64,000 nt of DNA from Octopus vulgaris (Eukaryota), in assembly GCA_951406725.2 (NCBI GenBank), contig OX597822.1:68138001-68202000 (forward strand), read 5' to 3'. The first letter of the stretch is position 1. Every line of letters starts with the position of its first letter. Below, in pieces: positions 62,675 through 64,000 of the stretch. The translations under genes were made by a program, and so were the position numbers. Under the pieces are notes generated by a model that worked only from the letters and a program-made list of their open reading frames with translations, had not been told where the DNA came from and did no database searches.

Positions 62675-62678
<4 letters not shown>
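61404..62678 (+). mobile_element. Full-length decayed mariner transposon
   Basis: TIRs GGTTGGCAACTAAGTTC / GAACTTAGTTGCCAACC; ~1.27 kb; inserted in (TA)n. Confidence 0.95.
61594..62602 (+). pseudogene. Mariner (DD34D) transposase pseudogene
   Basis: WVPHSL, LLLHDNARP and HPPYSPDLAPTDFHLF motifs; in-frame stops, frameshifts, and a deletion at the first catalytic (TGDEKW) motif. Confidence 0.93.
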
Positions 62679-62742
<64 letters not shown>

Positions 62743-62749
62743 CAGACAT

Positions 62750-63582
62750 ACTGCGGTAAATATATTGTCTAAATTATACAAAAATAAAAATAACACTGAC
62801 ATCTCATTTTAACAAACATATTTACCAAAATCACATAAAAATATCTTGAAATACTTAGAGTAAATTTATTCAATAAAATTGCCATTGTTTCAAACGACTT
62901 CGGAATCTCCTACAAATCTTCTGGACGGTCCCCTTGTTTAAGATGGTCAATGCTGCCATAACCCTTGCTTTCAGTTCATCTTTGCTGTTACAAAGAGTGT
63001 TGTTGTCTCTTGCTCACAGCAAAGGGGTTGCAATCTGGGGAGTTAGGTAGCCAGATGGTTGGGGTGATGTGGTCGCAGAAATTGTCTAACAACCATGACT
63101 GGGTTCTCCTGCTTGTGTGACATGGTGCAAAGTCCTGTTGCCAGACATAGGATCTTCCACCAGCCACCCTCTTGACCCAGGGAAACACTACCTCTTGATG
63201 TAGGCCTCTGCGTTGAGTCTGAGGCTGTGTGGGAAGACGAATCGAGGCATAACGTCGCCATCAGTAATGATCACACCGAACACCATGATATTGACTAGAT
63301 GTTTGATTTTCATCACTCACTGTAAATGTCCTCAAATTGCACTTTCATCAGATTGTCACCCAAACACTCTGAAATGTTCGTATCAGAGCTTCAGACGCGA
63401 ATGCCAAGCAGTACAGCATGTCGTTTCCAAATTTCTAGCAGAGTTGCGTCATGGTACTGATTTTCTCACAGGCAGGCCCAACTGGCCCTAATATACTGTA
63501 TCGTCGACAAAATCAGAAACAACCAATGCGCATGCGCGAAATTAAGAATGTAAAATGGGGACAATTTATCCATTGAACCCTG
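62750..63582 (-). mobile_element. Internally deleted maT/DD37D-like Tc1/mariner element
   Basis: YVWQQDFAPCHTSRRTQSWL..WLPNSPDCNPF; terminus TA-CAGGGTTCAATGGATAAATTGTC; same family as 52094-52559. Confidence 0.85.
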
Positions 63583-63689
63583 TATGTATGTCTATATGCG
63601 TGTGTGTGTGTGTGTGTGTGTGTGCGTGTGTGTGTGTGCGTGTGTGTGTATGTATATATGCATGTATGTATGCATATATGTATGCATAA

Positions 63690-64000
63690 CTTGTACTTTT
63701 TTCATTCAGTCTACGGTCATGTTGAGACACAGTCCTGAAGAATTCTTAGTTGAATGCAGTGATCCTTGTACTTATGTTGCATTTTCTAAAACTGGTATTA
63801 TTGAATCAGTTTCTCTTACCGAACCGCTAAGTTACTGGGACAAACCATACACAAAGACACACGACGGGTTTCTTTTCAATTTCCGTCTACCAAATCTACT
63901 CACAAGATTTTGGTCGACCTGAGGCTAGACTAGAAGACATTAGCCCAAGGTGTCACACAGTTGAGAAGCAAACTTCTTACCTTACAGCCACGCCTGCACC
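63690..64000 (-). mobile_element. Degenerate SINE group A
   Basis: TTCCGTCTACCAAATC..CACAAG..GAAGACA..CAGCCACGCCTGC. Confidence 0.75.

Overview
Repeat-saturated, AT-rich animal DNA; the microsatellite density and SINE families suggest an octopus (coleoid cephalopod) intronic or intergenic region, an inference from sequence style only. Almost all ORFs in the supplied track are translations of simple repeats. Real content: about 40 full or partial tRNA-derived SINE copies in three groups; a 5'-truncated R4/Dong-type retrotransposon in (TAA)n; a second restriction-like-endonuclease (REL) LINE end in (CATA)n; CR1/L2-type fragments; a decayed mariner and two maT-like pieces; a hAT element, a Helitron and a Helentron-like element. 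The most striking signal is a set of Penelope-like terminal repeats (pLTRs), many folded back as long inverted repeats. They carry minimal type-I hammerhead ribozyme motifs with palindromic stem III, and some have variant cores or very long stem II inserts. No complete host gene is visible. There is a candidate RFX X-box promoter near 54.07 kb and several candidate exons, mostly on the minus strand. All coordinates were read by eye and may be off by a few bases at repeat edges.
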